From Puia sp. (GTDB lineage: Bacteria; Bacteroidota; Bacteroidia; Chitinophagales; Chitinophagaceae): a stretch of DNA of 64,000 nucleotides. A program made the position numbers and the translations under genes. Under the pieces are notes generated by a model, which saw only the letters and a list, made by a program, of their open reading frames with translations, made no database searches and had not been told where the DNA came from. The stretch is from positions 30,256 to 94,255 of the forward strand of contig CBDCCE010000017.1 of NCBI GenBank assembly GCA_965214575.1. The letters run 5' to 3'. This document shows, piece by piece, positions 17,758 to 26,199 of this stretch. Each line of letters begins with the position of its first letter. Positions within the stretch are counted from its first letter, which is position 1.

Positions 17758-18048
17758 TTATTTCTTTGTGCGGTTTGCAATTTCAGCCATCTTCGCGGCG
17801 GCGCTCGTTACAATAGGGTTATCTACTTTTGTGATAACCTTTTCCTTTTTGGGTTGGGCTATCGAAGTGTTAACGGGCTTGCTGTACTTATTTTTTAGTT
17901 CGTTCATTTTAGCGGCTGCTGCATTTACTCGCTCGGCGCTGGTTTCACGGCTGATTTTCTTTGTCATAGCGATATTGTTTTTAATTGTCTTAAACTGCTT
18001 CATTGTATTTTCGCCATTCAGGTAAGCGTTTAGTAATCTTGTGTCCAT
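17758..18048 (-). CDS. Hypothetical Lys/Ala-rich protein
   Basis: The ORF-track call (17758-18114) runs through a terminator hairpin, so it is trimmed to the ATG at 18048 (MDTRLLNAYL). It contains an internal repeat AAAAKMNELKN / SAAAKMAEIAN. Confidence 0.35.
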   Translation of the reverse strand: MDTRLLNAYLNGENTMKQFKTIKNNIAMTKKISRETSAERVNAAAAKMNELKNKYSKPVNTSIAQPKKEKVITKVDNPIVTSAAAKMAEIANRTKK

Positions 18049-18060
18049 TGTAAGAAATTG

Positions 18061-18103
18061 AAAAAATAAAAACCAGGCGAGTCTAATATTAAACTCACCT
18101 GGC
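18061..18103 (-). terminator. Rho-independent terminator
   Basis: The minus strand has a CCAGGTGAGT-(10 nt)-ACTCGCCTGG stem with one G.U pair. TTTTTATTTTTT follows. Confidence 0.7.
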
Positions 18104-18258
18104 AAAAAAGACAATTGGCTCTATGGAGGATTGAAATCCTAAGCCCTCGCCGTTTATGAAAGCACTTTAGTAAGCCGCTGGCTTAACTGAGGGCGTTGCG
18201 CTTGGCAAAATTCCGGGTGCCGGGTTAACCGGTTTGTCGTTATTCATGATTGATTTAT

Positions 18259-18456
18259 TTACTGTACTGTTAAACTAATTTGTAAAGTTTTCAATTCCAT
18301 TTCAACGAACCATTTCTCGCTATCGTGCGAAATCAGTCCACTCGAATAGCTGACGATTTCTGTTCCTGGATTTGCGTTCCATGTGTTCCTGACGAATTCG
18401 AAAAATGTACCGAGTTCTTTCGGATCAAATTCGAGTCTTACTGTTTTATTTTCCAT
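18259..18456 (-). CDS. Hypothetical protein
   Basis: 65 aa ORF. It lies 7 nt downstream of the 236 aa ORF. Confidence 0.3.
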   Translation of the reverse strand: MENKTVRLEFDPKELGTFFEFVRNTWNANPGTEIVSYSSGLISHDSEKWFVEMELKTLQISLTVQ

Positions 18457-18463
18457 TGTTTAG

Positions 18464-19174
18464 TTATTTACGTGTGATTGTTAAGTTTTCTTCAAAAAAT
18501 GTTTTTAAAACGTCCGCGTCTGCAACATAGCCTACGGCGGCATGTTTTAATTTCAGAAGGTCGACAAGGTTATCGTATGCGGCCTGCTGGTAAATGTTTG
18601 CAGGCGCGTAATCGGTTATTAGGCTGGCTTCGTATGCCTCGTTTTTTTCAACCGCCCGAGTTAAACCAGCCTTTTTGTATAGCCTATCTACGAAATAAGG
18701 CTCGACAGCAAGCGGATTACAGTTGAATATCGTTTTGAATCTAGCGACGCTGTTAGCCTCGCATTCCAAAACAGATTTGAGAAACGTTTCTGCTTGTTTC
18801 TTTCCTTCTGTATGAGCAAACTCAATGTCTTCTTTACGCTGCTTAGCTCTTTGTTTTAACTGAATTCCAATAAAATGCTCTCGTACTTTATCCTGGTTAC
18901 TGTTGAATTTTTCGTTATAAACCTTAACAGCTTCTGCGTATGCCGGGTAATTCGGGTGCGCATCGCCGTCAATAGTTTCAGGATACCATTCCGTAGCTGT
19001 TCTTATGAATGAAGCGGCATCCTGTTCACCCTGAAATACAGATATTCCGACGTTGCTATCGAACTTTTCAGGATTTGAAAAACTAAGAGCTTTTTGCTTT
19101 ACGAAATATCCCACACCGCCATTGTCTTTTATGATTTTTCGGTAGGACTCTTTCAGTTCTTTAATTCGTGACAT
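18464..19174 (-). CDS. Hypothetical protein
   Basis: 236 aa ORF with charged, helical-looking composition. I recognise no family. Confidence 0.5.
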   Translation of the reverse strand: MSRIKELKESYRKIIKDNGGVGYFVKQKALSFSNPEKFDSNVGISVFQGEQDAASFIRTATEWYPETIDGDAHPNYPAYAEAVKVYNEKFNSNQDKVREHFIGIQLKQRAKQRKEDIEFAHTEGKKQAETFLKSVLECEANSVARFKTIFNCNPLAVEPYFVDRLYKKAGLTRAVEKNEAYEASLITDYAPANIYQQAAYDNLVDLLKLKHAAVGYVADADVLKTFFEENLTITRK

Positions 19175-19188
19175 ATGTTTTGGTTTGT

Positions 19189-19530
19189 TTAAATTTCTGT
19201 AGGGAAAAATATTATAATAGGCGCGTTTCTTTCTTTGACAGCGTTTATAAATAGTAGCCTATTCTTAAATCGCTTACTGGGAATAATTAAGGGTAACCCT
19301 GTATCTTTATATCGCGTTACGACTTCGAGAGTGTCTGAAAGTTTTACCTCACTAAAATCAGGCTCGTCGTAAGGGGTTTGCTTTTTCAAACGACTGAGAA
19401 AATCATTCTTATTTCCCGAGATTAAAAAGATCGCCGAGCCTCCTGATACCATACAGATATCTGCTTTTTTCATTCGGTGCTCTGAAAGAAGTTTATCGTA
19501 AATCACTTGGAGGGTTTTGATGGTTCGCAA
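19189..19530 (-). CDS. Hypothetical protein
   Basis: 113 aa ORF. It overlaps the upstream 190 aa ORF by 28 nt in another frame. Confidence 0.35.
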   Translation of the reverse strand: MRTIKTLQVIYDKLLSEHRMKKADICMVSGGSAIFLISGNKNDFLSRLKKQTPYDEPDFSEVKLSDTLEVVTRYKDTGLPLIIPSKRFKNRLLFINAVKERNAPIIIFFPTEI

Positions 19531-20075
19531 AGCAGAACGACATGAATATTAAGCCGCCTGGATTCGGATTCACATAATCGAACGATAGGATCAGTATCAG
19601 GTATGTTATTTTTACACTGAATAAGGATTACGCGCTCTTCCCTTTTTAATTGTTCAAATTTGTAAGTAAGAATGCCGAGTTTTTCAGCGTCCGTCTTATA
19701 GCTATGAACTGAAATGAGCGCTAAATTTTCCTTCAAATGTTTGTTCAACTCGGTCCACAGGTCGTAAACTTCGGATTGTGTTATGTTCGAAATCTTGGTT
19801 ACCTGTCCTCGCCTGGACATGATATCCAAAATAGCGGCTTCTTGGTGACGTGTAAACTTTCTGGCTGACCTTTTTGTCAAATGCTCTTGCAATGCAGTTT
19901 TTTTAAATAAAAGAACCTTATGCGGCTTCTCGAATTCGATTTCCCGCTTACTCGTTAAATCATACACGCTCTGTACTGCGAGGCCAAGAAAGGCCGCTGC
20001 GTCCGTTATATTTAAATATCCCTCGGGTACGGCAATAGACTTGGCCTTACCGCTCTTCGTTGTTGTAGCTGGCAT
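19503..20075 (-). CDS. HTH (excisionase/MerR-like HTH_17) DNA-binding protein with an unknown C-terminal domain
   Basis: 190 aa. The N-terminus YLNITDAAAFLGLAVQSVYDLTSKREIEFEKPHKVLLFKKTALQEHL has the same HTH pattern as the island's other excisionase-like protein (24923-25231). Confidence 0.5.
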   Translation of the reverse strand: MPATTTKSGKAKSIAVPEGYLNITDAAAFLGLAVQSVYDLTSKREIEFEKPHKVLLFKKTALQEHLTKRSARKFTRHQEAAILDIMSRRGQVTKISNITQSEVYDLWTELNKHLKENLALISVHSYKTDAEKLGILTYKFEQLKREERVILIQCKNNIPDTDPIVRLCESESRRLNIHVVLLCEPSKPSK

Positions 20076-20333
20076 AGAAAAATAATTAATTACCTCTCGT
20101 TTGAAGAGGGAATAATCCTGTTTGTGTTTTGTTTGGGAACTACTCAGAAAGAGAGTAGCAGTTGCATAGTTATAAGACCAATTACTCCTACAAAATTAAC
20201 TAAAAATAACGAAACATGCAAGCATCCGTGCTAACTAAGTAGCCTACATTGCAGGCTGGCAGAGGGTTACACGGTTAAGACATAGTTCTAAAAGTCAATA
20301 CAGCAATAGCTTTGCGAGCAAAAAAACATATTT

Positions 20334-20363
20334 ATAAAAGCCCGGATTTTACTCCAGGCTTTT
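20334..20363 (-). terminator. Rho-independent terminator (hairpin usable on both strands)
   Basis: The minus strand has an AGCCTGGA-(6 nt)-TCCGGGCT stem with one G.U pair. TTTTAT follows. It lies just downstream of the ORF ending at 20380. Confidence 0.55.
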
Positions 20364-20379
20364 GACATTTTTGTTACTA

Positions 20380-20571
20380 CTAAGCAATTTTCTTCAGGTC
20401 GTTGATTGTAACGTACTGCTGAATCAGCTTGCCGTCTTTATCGAAGCCCGTTACCTGTATATCGCCGTCCTCACACATTTCTATAAGGTCTACCGGCGCT
20501 CCCACCTTGAATGAGTGTCCGTTTTCGTTGTTGCTTTTCTTGATCTGGTACATCGGGTTCGGGGTTTTCAT
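20380..20571 (-). CDS. Hypothetical small protein
   Basis: The ORF-track call (123 aa) overlaps the terminase 3' end. It is trimmed to the internal ATG at 20571 (MKTPNPMYQIKK.., 63 aa). Confidence 0.3.
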   Translation of the reverse strand: MKTPNPMYQIKKSNNENGHSFKVGAPVDLIEMCEDGDIQVTGFDKDGKLIQQYVTINDLKKIA

Positions 20572-20713
20572 TTTGTTTTGATTTGTTGATGAAGTAAAAG
20601 TAATATCCGGTTTGGGCCTGGCTGCAATTATTCGATAGGCTGGAAAAAGTCGGAACAGGTTTCTACGTGAGAGTTGCGAAGGTGCCTTCGACGAATGGAC
20701 GGTTTTTAGCGGT

Positions 20714-22210
20714 TTAATACCAATTTTTTCCCGTGATATCATTTCTGCCAAATGTGCTGTTTAATCCGGAGAATCCTCGCAGTTTTGTACGGAATTCGTT
20801 AGGGAACGCTACGACAGCAGCATATCTAAAGAGGTCCGCAAAGTGTCCGTACTGCTCGTACGTCTCTCCGGTTTCCTGGTCCTTGAACGTTTTCTTCAAT
20901 GCGGTACCGTCCGAGTCCTCTAACAAATACAATAAGTCAGCTATCATTTTAGTACAATGATCGCCTATTACGATTCTGACTCCTTTATATCCCTCCTCTC
21001 CCCCTGCGAAAACGTCGTTGATAAATTCTTTACTCTTAATAACCGAAGGATTTCCGCCGCCCTTTCCGTCTTTCCCTTTTTTCGGTACCCGGTCGTTAGG
21101 CCTGAATTGTTCAAGCGCTTGAATAATAATACTAATATCATCATGCCCCCTTTCATTCCTGGTATCCTCATGACGACCGGACGCATCCCCGGCTACAGTC
21201 ATGCCCTCGGTATGGCCTTTATATCGCTTACATATCTCCCTACAAACAGCCGACGTGTTATTATTTGGACTCCTTAGCTGGATCTCGTCGACCATGTATA
21301 ACGTGTTCATCGATTTCTGAAAAATACCACAGCTTACACCGGGCTTAACATTAAAGTCAAAGGATACAATAAGCGGAAGTTTCGGATTGTACGCAATTTT
21401 ACAAGTATTGACACTCATTTTGAATGTAGAAAAGAACGTGCCTCCGACAATCTTACTTCCCCATCTGCCTAACGCGTATATTCCGAAATAATACGGGTCG
21501 CTCTTCTCTTTACCTAATATCTCCGCCAATGACTGAGGGGTTATGTGCGGATTGTCTCTGTAGGTTGAGTGCATTACCGTGTAAGCGCTAACTACAGTCT
21601 CCCTATTGCCGATATCGGTATAAGTTTTACTACTGAACGAAAGTTCATCCTTGCCCTCAAAGAATCGTTTCCAAAACCAATTGTCGCGGTAGTCTCCCTC
21701 CTTTACCTCAGGGTTAATAGTAAATATTTCCTGGAGATACTCGGCCCTGTTAGTTCTTATGGTCGACGTAATTGTGATGAAGTCGCTGTAATTAATTATA
21801 TCCTCCTCATACCATGCGCCCGTTGGGTCTTTGACGGATTTAATAGATGTTACGTCGTCACAACCACGCGCTATGAAACGGTTGCCATTCAATGTACAAA
21901 CGATCTCCAGAGGATTGAGTTTAAACTCAAAGAACTCTTTCAATCCGAGCGTTATTATGGTCTGCTTTATTGTCTCATAGCTGCTCTCTTTTATTGAGTT
22001 GTATCTATTACGGATAAGCATGTACAGGAAATACGGCTCGTAAACGCATCGAAAGATTAGTTTCTTGGCAGCAAAATCGGACTTACTGGACCCTCGGCCT
22101 CCATATAAAATGAGATAGCGGTCCTTATTTTCTACCAACGGGATAAACCGCTCGTTAATAAGATCCTCCCAAGCTCCCCAATTGATTATAACGTCTTGCT
22201 GTGGTTTCAT
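20714..22210 (-). CDS. terL: Phage terminase large subunit (PBSX/Terminase_3-like)
   Basis: 498 aa. It has the Walker A motif LILYGGRGSSKSDFAAKK and Walker B-like acidic motifs (GAWYEEDI), with a C-terminal nuclease-like half. A small terminase-like ORF lies directly upstream. Confidence 0.85.
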   Translation of the reverse strand: MKPQQDVIINWGAWEDLINERFIPLVENKDRYLILYGGRGSSKSDFAAKKLIFRCVYEPYFLYMLIRNRYNSIKESSYETIKQTIITLGLKEFFEFKLNPLEIVCTLNGNRFIARGCDDVTSIKSVKDPTGAWYEEDIINYSDFITITSTIRTNRAEYLQEIFTINPEVKEGDYRDNWFWKRFFEGKDELSFSSKTYTDIGNRETVVSAYTVMHSTYRDNPHITPQSLAEILGKEKSDPYYFGIYALGRWGSKIVGGTFFSTFKMSVNTCKIAYNPKLPLIVSFDFNVKPGVSCGIFQKSMNTLYMVDEIQLRSPNNNTSAVCREICKRYKGHTEGMTVAGDASGRHEDTRNERGHDDISIIIQALEQFRPNDRVPKKGKDGKGGGNPSVIKSKEFINDVFAGGEEGYKGVRIVIGDHCTKMIADLLYLLEDSDGTALKKTFKDQETGETYEQYGHFADLFRYAAVVAFPNEFRTKLRGFSGLNSTFGRNDITGKNWY

Positions 22211-22211
22211 G

Positions 22212-22586
22212 TTAGAAGGGTTTGGGGTTGTCAGTTATAGGAACTGCTTTTGAAGGATGTGTTAATTCAGTAAATGGTATATCCTGTATTTCTGCTGCCG
22301 GTTGCTGAGGTCTACGTAGGCTATGAATTACCTGAACAACGCGGGGTCCGCTATCTACTGTAACCTCAGTTCGCGCGAGCTTAGGCTCCAGGAATTCTAC
22401 CACGCTTACCAACAAGCGAGCAAAATCTCCGTCGCTCATGGTATCAAGGAATGTATTAAACCGTTTATGGTTTCGCATTGCGTTGTAGAGTTCCTGGGTG
22501 CGGCTAATATGCTCTTTTGTTTTTTCGCTTAATGCTCCCTCGGGCCTGCCTGCCGGGTTGCCCGATTGTCCCTTTTTGAATGCCAT
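22212..22586 (-). CDS. Putative small terminase / DUF5681-type protein
   Basis: 124 aa. The N-terminal KKGQSGNPAGRP motif is common in phage small-terminase-like proteins. The stop lies 1 nt before the terL start. Confidence 0.4.
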   Translation of the reverse strand: MAFKKGQSGNPAGRPEGALSEKTKEHISRTQELYNAMRNHKRFNTFLDTMSDGDFARLLVSVVEFLEPKLARTEVTVDSGPRVVQVIHSLRRPQQPAAEIQDIPFTELTHPSKAVPITDNPKPF

Positions 22587-22588
22587 AA

Positions 22589-22744
22589 TTATTTTATTAT
22601 CGGGTACACTTGCTTTAATAGTTCCATATAAAGTGTTACAAGCTCTTTGTTCGAAAGACCTTGTAATTCTTTTTCGAATTTCTTCTGATTGTCGGAAATG
22701 AATGCCATTAATAGGCGCTCTGTTCTTGTGCTTTTCTGTTTCAT
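22589..22744 (-). CDS. Candidate 51 aa protein
   Basis: Manual translation gives MKQKSTRTERLLMAFISDNQKKFEKELQGLSNKELVTLYMELLKQVYPIIK. The stop lies 2 nt before the small-terminase-like ATG. Confidence 0.25.
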   Translation of the reverse strand: MKQKSTRTERLLMAFISDNQKKFEKELQGLSNKELVTLYMELLKQVYPIIK

Positions 22745-22814
22745 TATTGTGTGTTTTTTATGTGTTTTTGTACCTTAACCGGACCTAAATCCGTTATTAT
22801 ATTGGTTTTCAGTG

Positions 22815-23660
22815 TTATTTATGTTTGGATAGGGAAAGTGAATCGCAAATCCGGTAAAATGTTCCTAACCTGACCTTACCTGAATTTTTCAGAAGACTAC
22901 TGTATTTCCGATCTGTTACCTCGGCTTTGTAATCTGCATGCGTCGAACTGACCTTGTGAAACCATTCCCGGCCCGACTCTCCAAACTCTGAGGCGAGCGC
23001 CAATCCAATCCGAACCCAATTATCATAGCCTTCAGTAACATTCAGCTGCTCAGCTACGATCCTATCGACATACGCCTGGACCTTTATTGCGTCTTTGCCG
23101 GTTGAATTTGCTGCCTGTTTCGCCGGTTTCGCATACACAAGGCCGGTATATCTGACGGCGTTCGGGTTTATGAAACTGGTTTCCGGTGTATTGTCGCTTA
23201 CTCCGCGCAGCCTGTTGACGTTTTTGCCGCTTGGATCTATTGGAACATTCGCTTTTTCGAAAAGCTCGTAAAGGGCCTGAAAATGCGCCTGGTGAGCTTC
23301 CGGATATTTGATCGGTATAACGGCGTAGACCCCGCGCCCGGAAACGGACAGTCCGGCAAATAGAATAAAATCAAACTGCCTGAGCCAGGCGAGAAAATGC
23401 AGCCAATCCGTTACGCCTTGGTCCCATTCTATACAAATCAGTCCCGTGTGTATACCTGCCTCGCGATTTTTACTAACACACGAAATGAAATAACAGGGCA
23501 GCATTGCTTTAGCCCGGTCGCGATCTTCTTTATCGGCCATTTCACGAATTCTCTCGACTTGCAACCGGTACAAATCGGTACAAAGCGCTTCCCAGAGAGT
23601 CGTTTGCTGTCCGACCCTGTCGAAATAGTTATTAAAACGGGTAATAATTGTATATAACAT
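22815..23660 (-). CDS. Primase (BT4734/VirE-N AEP-like domain plus a PriCT-2-like C-terminal domain)
   Basis: 281 aa. AMLPCYFISC..GLICIEWD..FAGLSVSGRGVYAVIP resembles the BT4734-like primase N domain. The C-terminal GYDNWVRIGLALASEFGESGREWFHKVSS resembles PriCT-2. Confidence 0.55.
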   Translation of the reverse strand: MLYTIITRFNNYFDRVGQQTTLWEALCTDLYRLQVERIREMADKEDRDRAKAMLPCYFISCVSKNREAGIHTGLICIEWDQGVTDWLHFLAWLRQFDFILFAGLSVSGRGVYAVIPIKYPEAHQAHFQALYELFEKANVPIDPSGKNVNRLRGVSDNTPETSFINPNAVRYTGLVYAKPAKQAANSTGKDAIKVQAYVDRIVAEQLNVTEGYDNWVRIGLALASEFGESGREWFHKVSSTHADYKAEVTDRKYSSLLKNSGKVRLGTFYRICDSLSLSKHK

Positions 23661-23680
23661 TGTAAGTCATTGTAAAAATC

Positions 23681-23786
23681 AACCGGTCCAATGGTCCAAT
23701 TGTACCGGTACAGTCGTTTTTGTACCGGTACTGGTTTGGTACAGTCTACTATATAGGAGACTGTACCACTGTACCACTGTACCGAC
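23681..23786. promoter_or_regulatory. Iteron block, candidate island origin of replication
   Basis: The block fills the intergenic gap between the ATPase stop and the primase start. It contains:
- GGTCCAAT x2 in tandem (23685-23700);
- TGTACCGGTAC x2 (23701-23711 and 23721-23731);
- GGTACAGTC x2 (23707 and 23738);
- the inverted repeat GGTACAGTCT/AGACTGTACC around the AT-rich actatatagg;
- ACTGTACC x3 in tandem (23760-23783). Confidence 0.6.
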
Positions 23787-24851
23787 CTATACCAAAAGCC
23801 TCCAATTCTGGTCCGGCCCCTGATTTATCATTCCGTGAATTTTCATTTCTTTAAACATGGCTTTGGAGGTATTCAAGCCCTTGCCCGAAACCTTCATTAT
23901 TCTTTCAATAGCGTCGCTATAAGCAAAGGAGTTTGGCGGCGCAAAGGCCTCGTCTGTGATCTTACGGATCAGTTCAACCCGTTTTCTGTCCTTTTCGCCT
24001 GGATCAGCTTTCGCAGCCTCTCCCAAATAGGCATGATACCCTTTCGACTTATCGTACACGAACTGAATAGCTGGAGCGTCGGAGTTTCCGCCGTTACGCA
24101 GGAGCTTCGCCTCGATGGTGCTAATCTCTCCTTCCCTTTTGATATTTATTACGCTTTCTGATTTGCGCTGAAGTTGAGAACCGAGGTGACCGCGCTCTTT
24201 TCCGGACCCGCCCGGATTAAGGTGCATGATTACAATAACTGGGGCTTTGAATTGAATCGCAAGCTGTTCAAACGCTTTTACCAGGCCATTGCTCAGCATG
24301 GCATCGTTAACGTCGTCTATGTAGTCAGCTCCGCCGTCAAGAGCTATTAAATGAATGCCTCCGAACTTATCGGCAGCGCCCTGACAGATTTCCTGGGTAA
24401 CGACAGCGTAATCCGCGAGAGACAGGCGGCGAATGTTATAAGAAAGGAAATTTTCCGGGCATGTCTGTAAACCAGCGCGCCGGATTATTGATCGGATATT
24501 TTGTTGATGCCGGGACCGGCTTTGCTCGGTTTCGATATGAACAACAGCGAGACCGTGAGAGTTTGTTAGCACGTCCCAACCTGGAAAGCCGTCGTATTCG
24601 CCCGACGCGATTGCGCCGGATAGCGTTACCCCGAGCAGGGAGGTTTTTCCGGCCTTAGGGTCGGCAGCGATTGTAGTTATGTTTTCCGGCGTGCTGAGAA
24701 TTGCTTCGCCGAATTTTATGATAGCACGCGGTTCGGTCTCGATAGTGGTATCGGTAACGCGTAGGGTTTCATATTTCTGTAAGAAATCTTTTACAGATAA
24801 GGCGTATACGTCTTGGTCTTGTGCGAAATAATTTGTATCTTGTGGGTGCAT
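23787..24851 (-). CDS. RecA-fold P-loop ATPase (AAA_25/RepA-like putative replicative helicase)
   Basis: 354 aa. It has Walker A ADPKAGKTSLL and Walker B IHLIALDGGADY. It is paired with the primase gene. Confidence 0.55.
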   Translation of the reverse strand: MHPQDTNYFAQDQDVYALSVKDFLQKYETLRVTDTTIETEPRAIIKFGEAILSTPENITTIAADPKAGKTSLLGVTLSGAIASGEYDGFPGWDVLTNSHGLAVVHIETEQSRSRHQQNIRSIIRRAGLQTCPENFLSYNIRRLSLADYAVVTQEICQGAADKFGGIHLIALDGGADYIDDVNDAMLSNGLVKAFEQLAIQFKAPVIVIMHLNPGGSGKERGHLGSQLQRKSESVINIKREGEISTIEAKLLRNGGNSDAPAIQFVYDKSKGYHAYLGEAAKADPGEKDRKRVELIRKITDEAFAPPNSFAYSDAIERIMKVSGKGLNTSKAMFKEMKIHGMINQGPDQNWRLLV

Positions 24852-24864
24852 TTAAAAGAATTGG

Positions 24865-24903
24865 AAAGCGTTCCGGCTTGCAGGCCATTGGAGCGCTTTT
24901 TTT
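24865..24903. terminator. Strong hairpin with a T7 tract on the plus strand; separates the int-xis unit from the replication unit
   Basis: The AAAGCGTTCC-GGC..GCC-GGAGCGCTTT stem is followed by TTTTTTT on the plus strand. On the minus strand the U tract is interrupted. Confidence 0.5.
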
Positions 24904-24922
24904 GTGAAGCTGCCTATAGTGG

Positions 24923-25231
24923 TTATTTGGATTTAGCGCGAAATCTTACGCCCGGTTTGCGGGGACCTGATTTTATCCAGGCTGATAGTTCGGCTTTCGA
25001 AAAATAAAGGAATTTGCCCTTTTTGTATGCGTTGAAAGACTTTGCGCGGACGTAGCTCCGGATTGTGTCCTCTGATACTCCCAGATATGCAGCAGCTCCA
25101 TCAATTTTTAATAATTGATCTTCGTCCGCGACAGACTTAGTAGACGGTTTTAATGCATCTTGGACAATCTGTCTGATAAGCTCCAAGCTTTCTGATGAAA
25201 GCTCTTGCGTAATGGTAATATTGTTGCTCAT
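24923..25231 (-). CDS. xis: Excisionase-like HTH_17 DNA-binding protein
   Basis: 102 aa. LLKIDGAAAYLGVSEDTIRSYVRAKSFNAYKKGKFLYFSKAELSAWI is the excisionase/MerR-type HTH pattern. It lies in the integrase transcription unit. Confidence 0.6.
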   Translation of the reverse strand: MSNNITITQELSSESLELIRQIVQDALKPSTKSVADEDQLLKIDGAAAYLGVSEDTIRSYVRAKSFNAYKKGKFLYFSKAELSAWIKSGPRKPGVRFRAKSK

Positions 25232-25431
25232 GACCGATTGCCTTTTGTGGGTTCGGTAATTAACTGAGGCTGAACGGTAGTGACTGTGGGCGCGGGAACC
25301 TGACCTGAGTAGGTCGGATGTTTAATATCCAAGAGCAAATCTTCGATGTGCCGCAATCTCTTGTCTATTATTTCGAACGGATTGTTCATTTGCTGAGTGT
25401 CATTTTTTATTGACCCAACAAAATTACTCAA
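25228..25431 (-). CDS. Hypothetical small protein
   Basis: 67 aa ORF with a 4 nt ATGA-type overlap on the xis-like gene. Confidence 0.35.
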   Translation of the reverse strand: MSNFVGSIKNDTQQMNNPFEIIDKRLRHIEDLLLDIKHPTYSGQVPAPTVTTVQPQLITEPTKGNRS

Positions 25432-25476
25432 TGCTCTTGGCGAGTTCCGGGATGCTCCGGAGCGAGTAGGTGTAAA

Positions 25477-26199
25477 TTATTCCGAGTCTGCGTCTATCCT
25501 CTTTTCGAGAATGTTGGCTTCGTCCGTAGCCGTAGCGATGCCTTCAGGAGAATTGAGCAAGGGAATAACGCTCCTGATTCTTTCCAGTTTGTTTATACTT
25601 GCCTGATTCGAGCCGTTCGGAGCTTTTTTCTCAAGTCCTATTCGGGCTTGTCTATCGAGGATCGCGGAATATTCATCTTTCAATTTTCTTGGAGGCACTT
25701 CTCGTAAATATTCGGCGACAGAAATTCTGTCGTAAAAGCAAATCAATGCGATCTGTTTTTGTGATAACTGAACATTGTCCACATTGCTATTGTAGTGCCT
25801 ATTCCGGAAATTAGAATTATTCAGATACTTTAAATAGTCAATTAGCCCAAGTAGGCAAGCCATTTTATAATACTGTTCGGTCAGACTGCCATTAAGTAAA
25901 TCGCTTAGCTCTGCGTAATATAACTTTTCGATTCGACCGCCAATCCTCTGTAATTCCTTTTGTTTTTTCGCTTCATCCGACAATGGGCTTAACGGATTTT
26001 CAACCGGAGAATATTTTTTCTCGCCTTCGAATGAATCTTTTCTCCAGATATGAAAATTTTCTTTCTCCTCTACAGTCGGAGCGGTCCAATATTTTACGCC
26101 CGGTTCTCTAATCGCTTGTACTGGATGGTTAAGCAATCCGTTCGCATACTTGTCAATATCAAGCGTAGGCAAAAAGGCTATTTGTAGTTCGGGCAGCAT
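25477..26199 (-). CDS. Hypothetical protein co-transcribed with the integrase
   Basis: 240 aa ORF. Its start overlaps the integrase stop by 1 nt. I recognise no family. Confidence 0.45.
   Translation of the reverse strand: MLPELQIAFLPTLDIDKYANGLLNHPVQAIREPGVKYWTAPTVEEKENFHIWRKDSFEGEKKYSPVENPLSPLSDEAKKQKELQRIGGRIEKLYYAELSDLLNGSLTEQYYKMACLLGLIDYLKYLNNSNFRNRHYNSNVDNVQLSQKQIALICFYDRISVAEYLREVPPRKLKDEYSAILDRQARIGLEKKAPNGSNQASINKLERIRSVIPLLNSPEGIATATDEANILEKRIDADSE

Noticed and set aside
18166-18246. A 26 aa micro-ORF (MNNDKPVNPAPGILPSATPSVKPAAY) and a nearby T-arm-like AGGATTTCAATCCT hairpin on the minus strand
   Set aside because: The hairpin has a 4 nt loop and no acceptor or anticodon arms, so it is not a tRNA. 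The micro-ORF has no supporting context beyond an ATG, so I did not list it as a feature.
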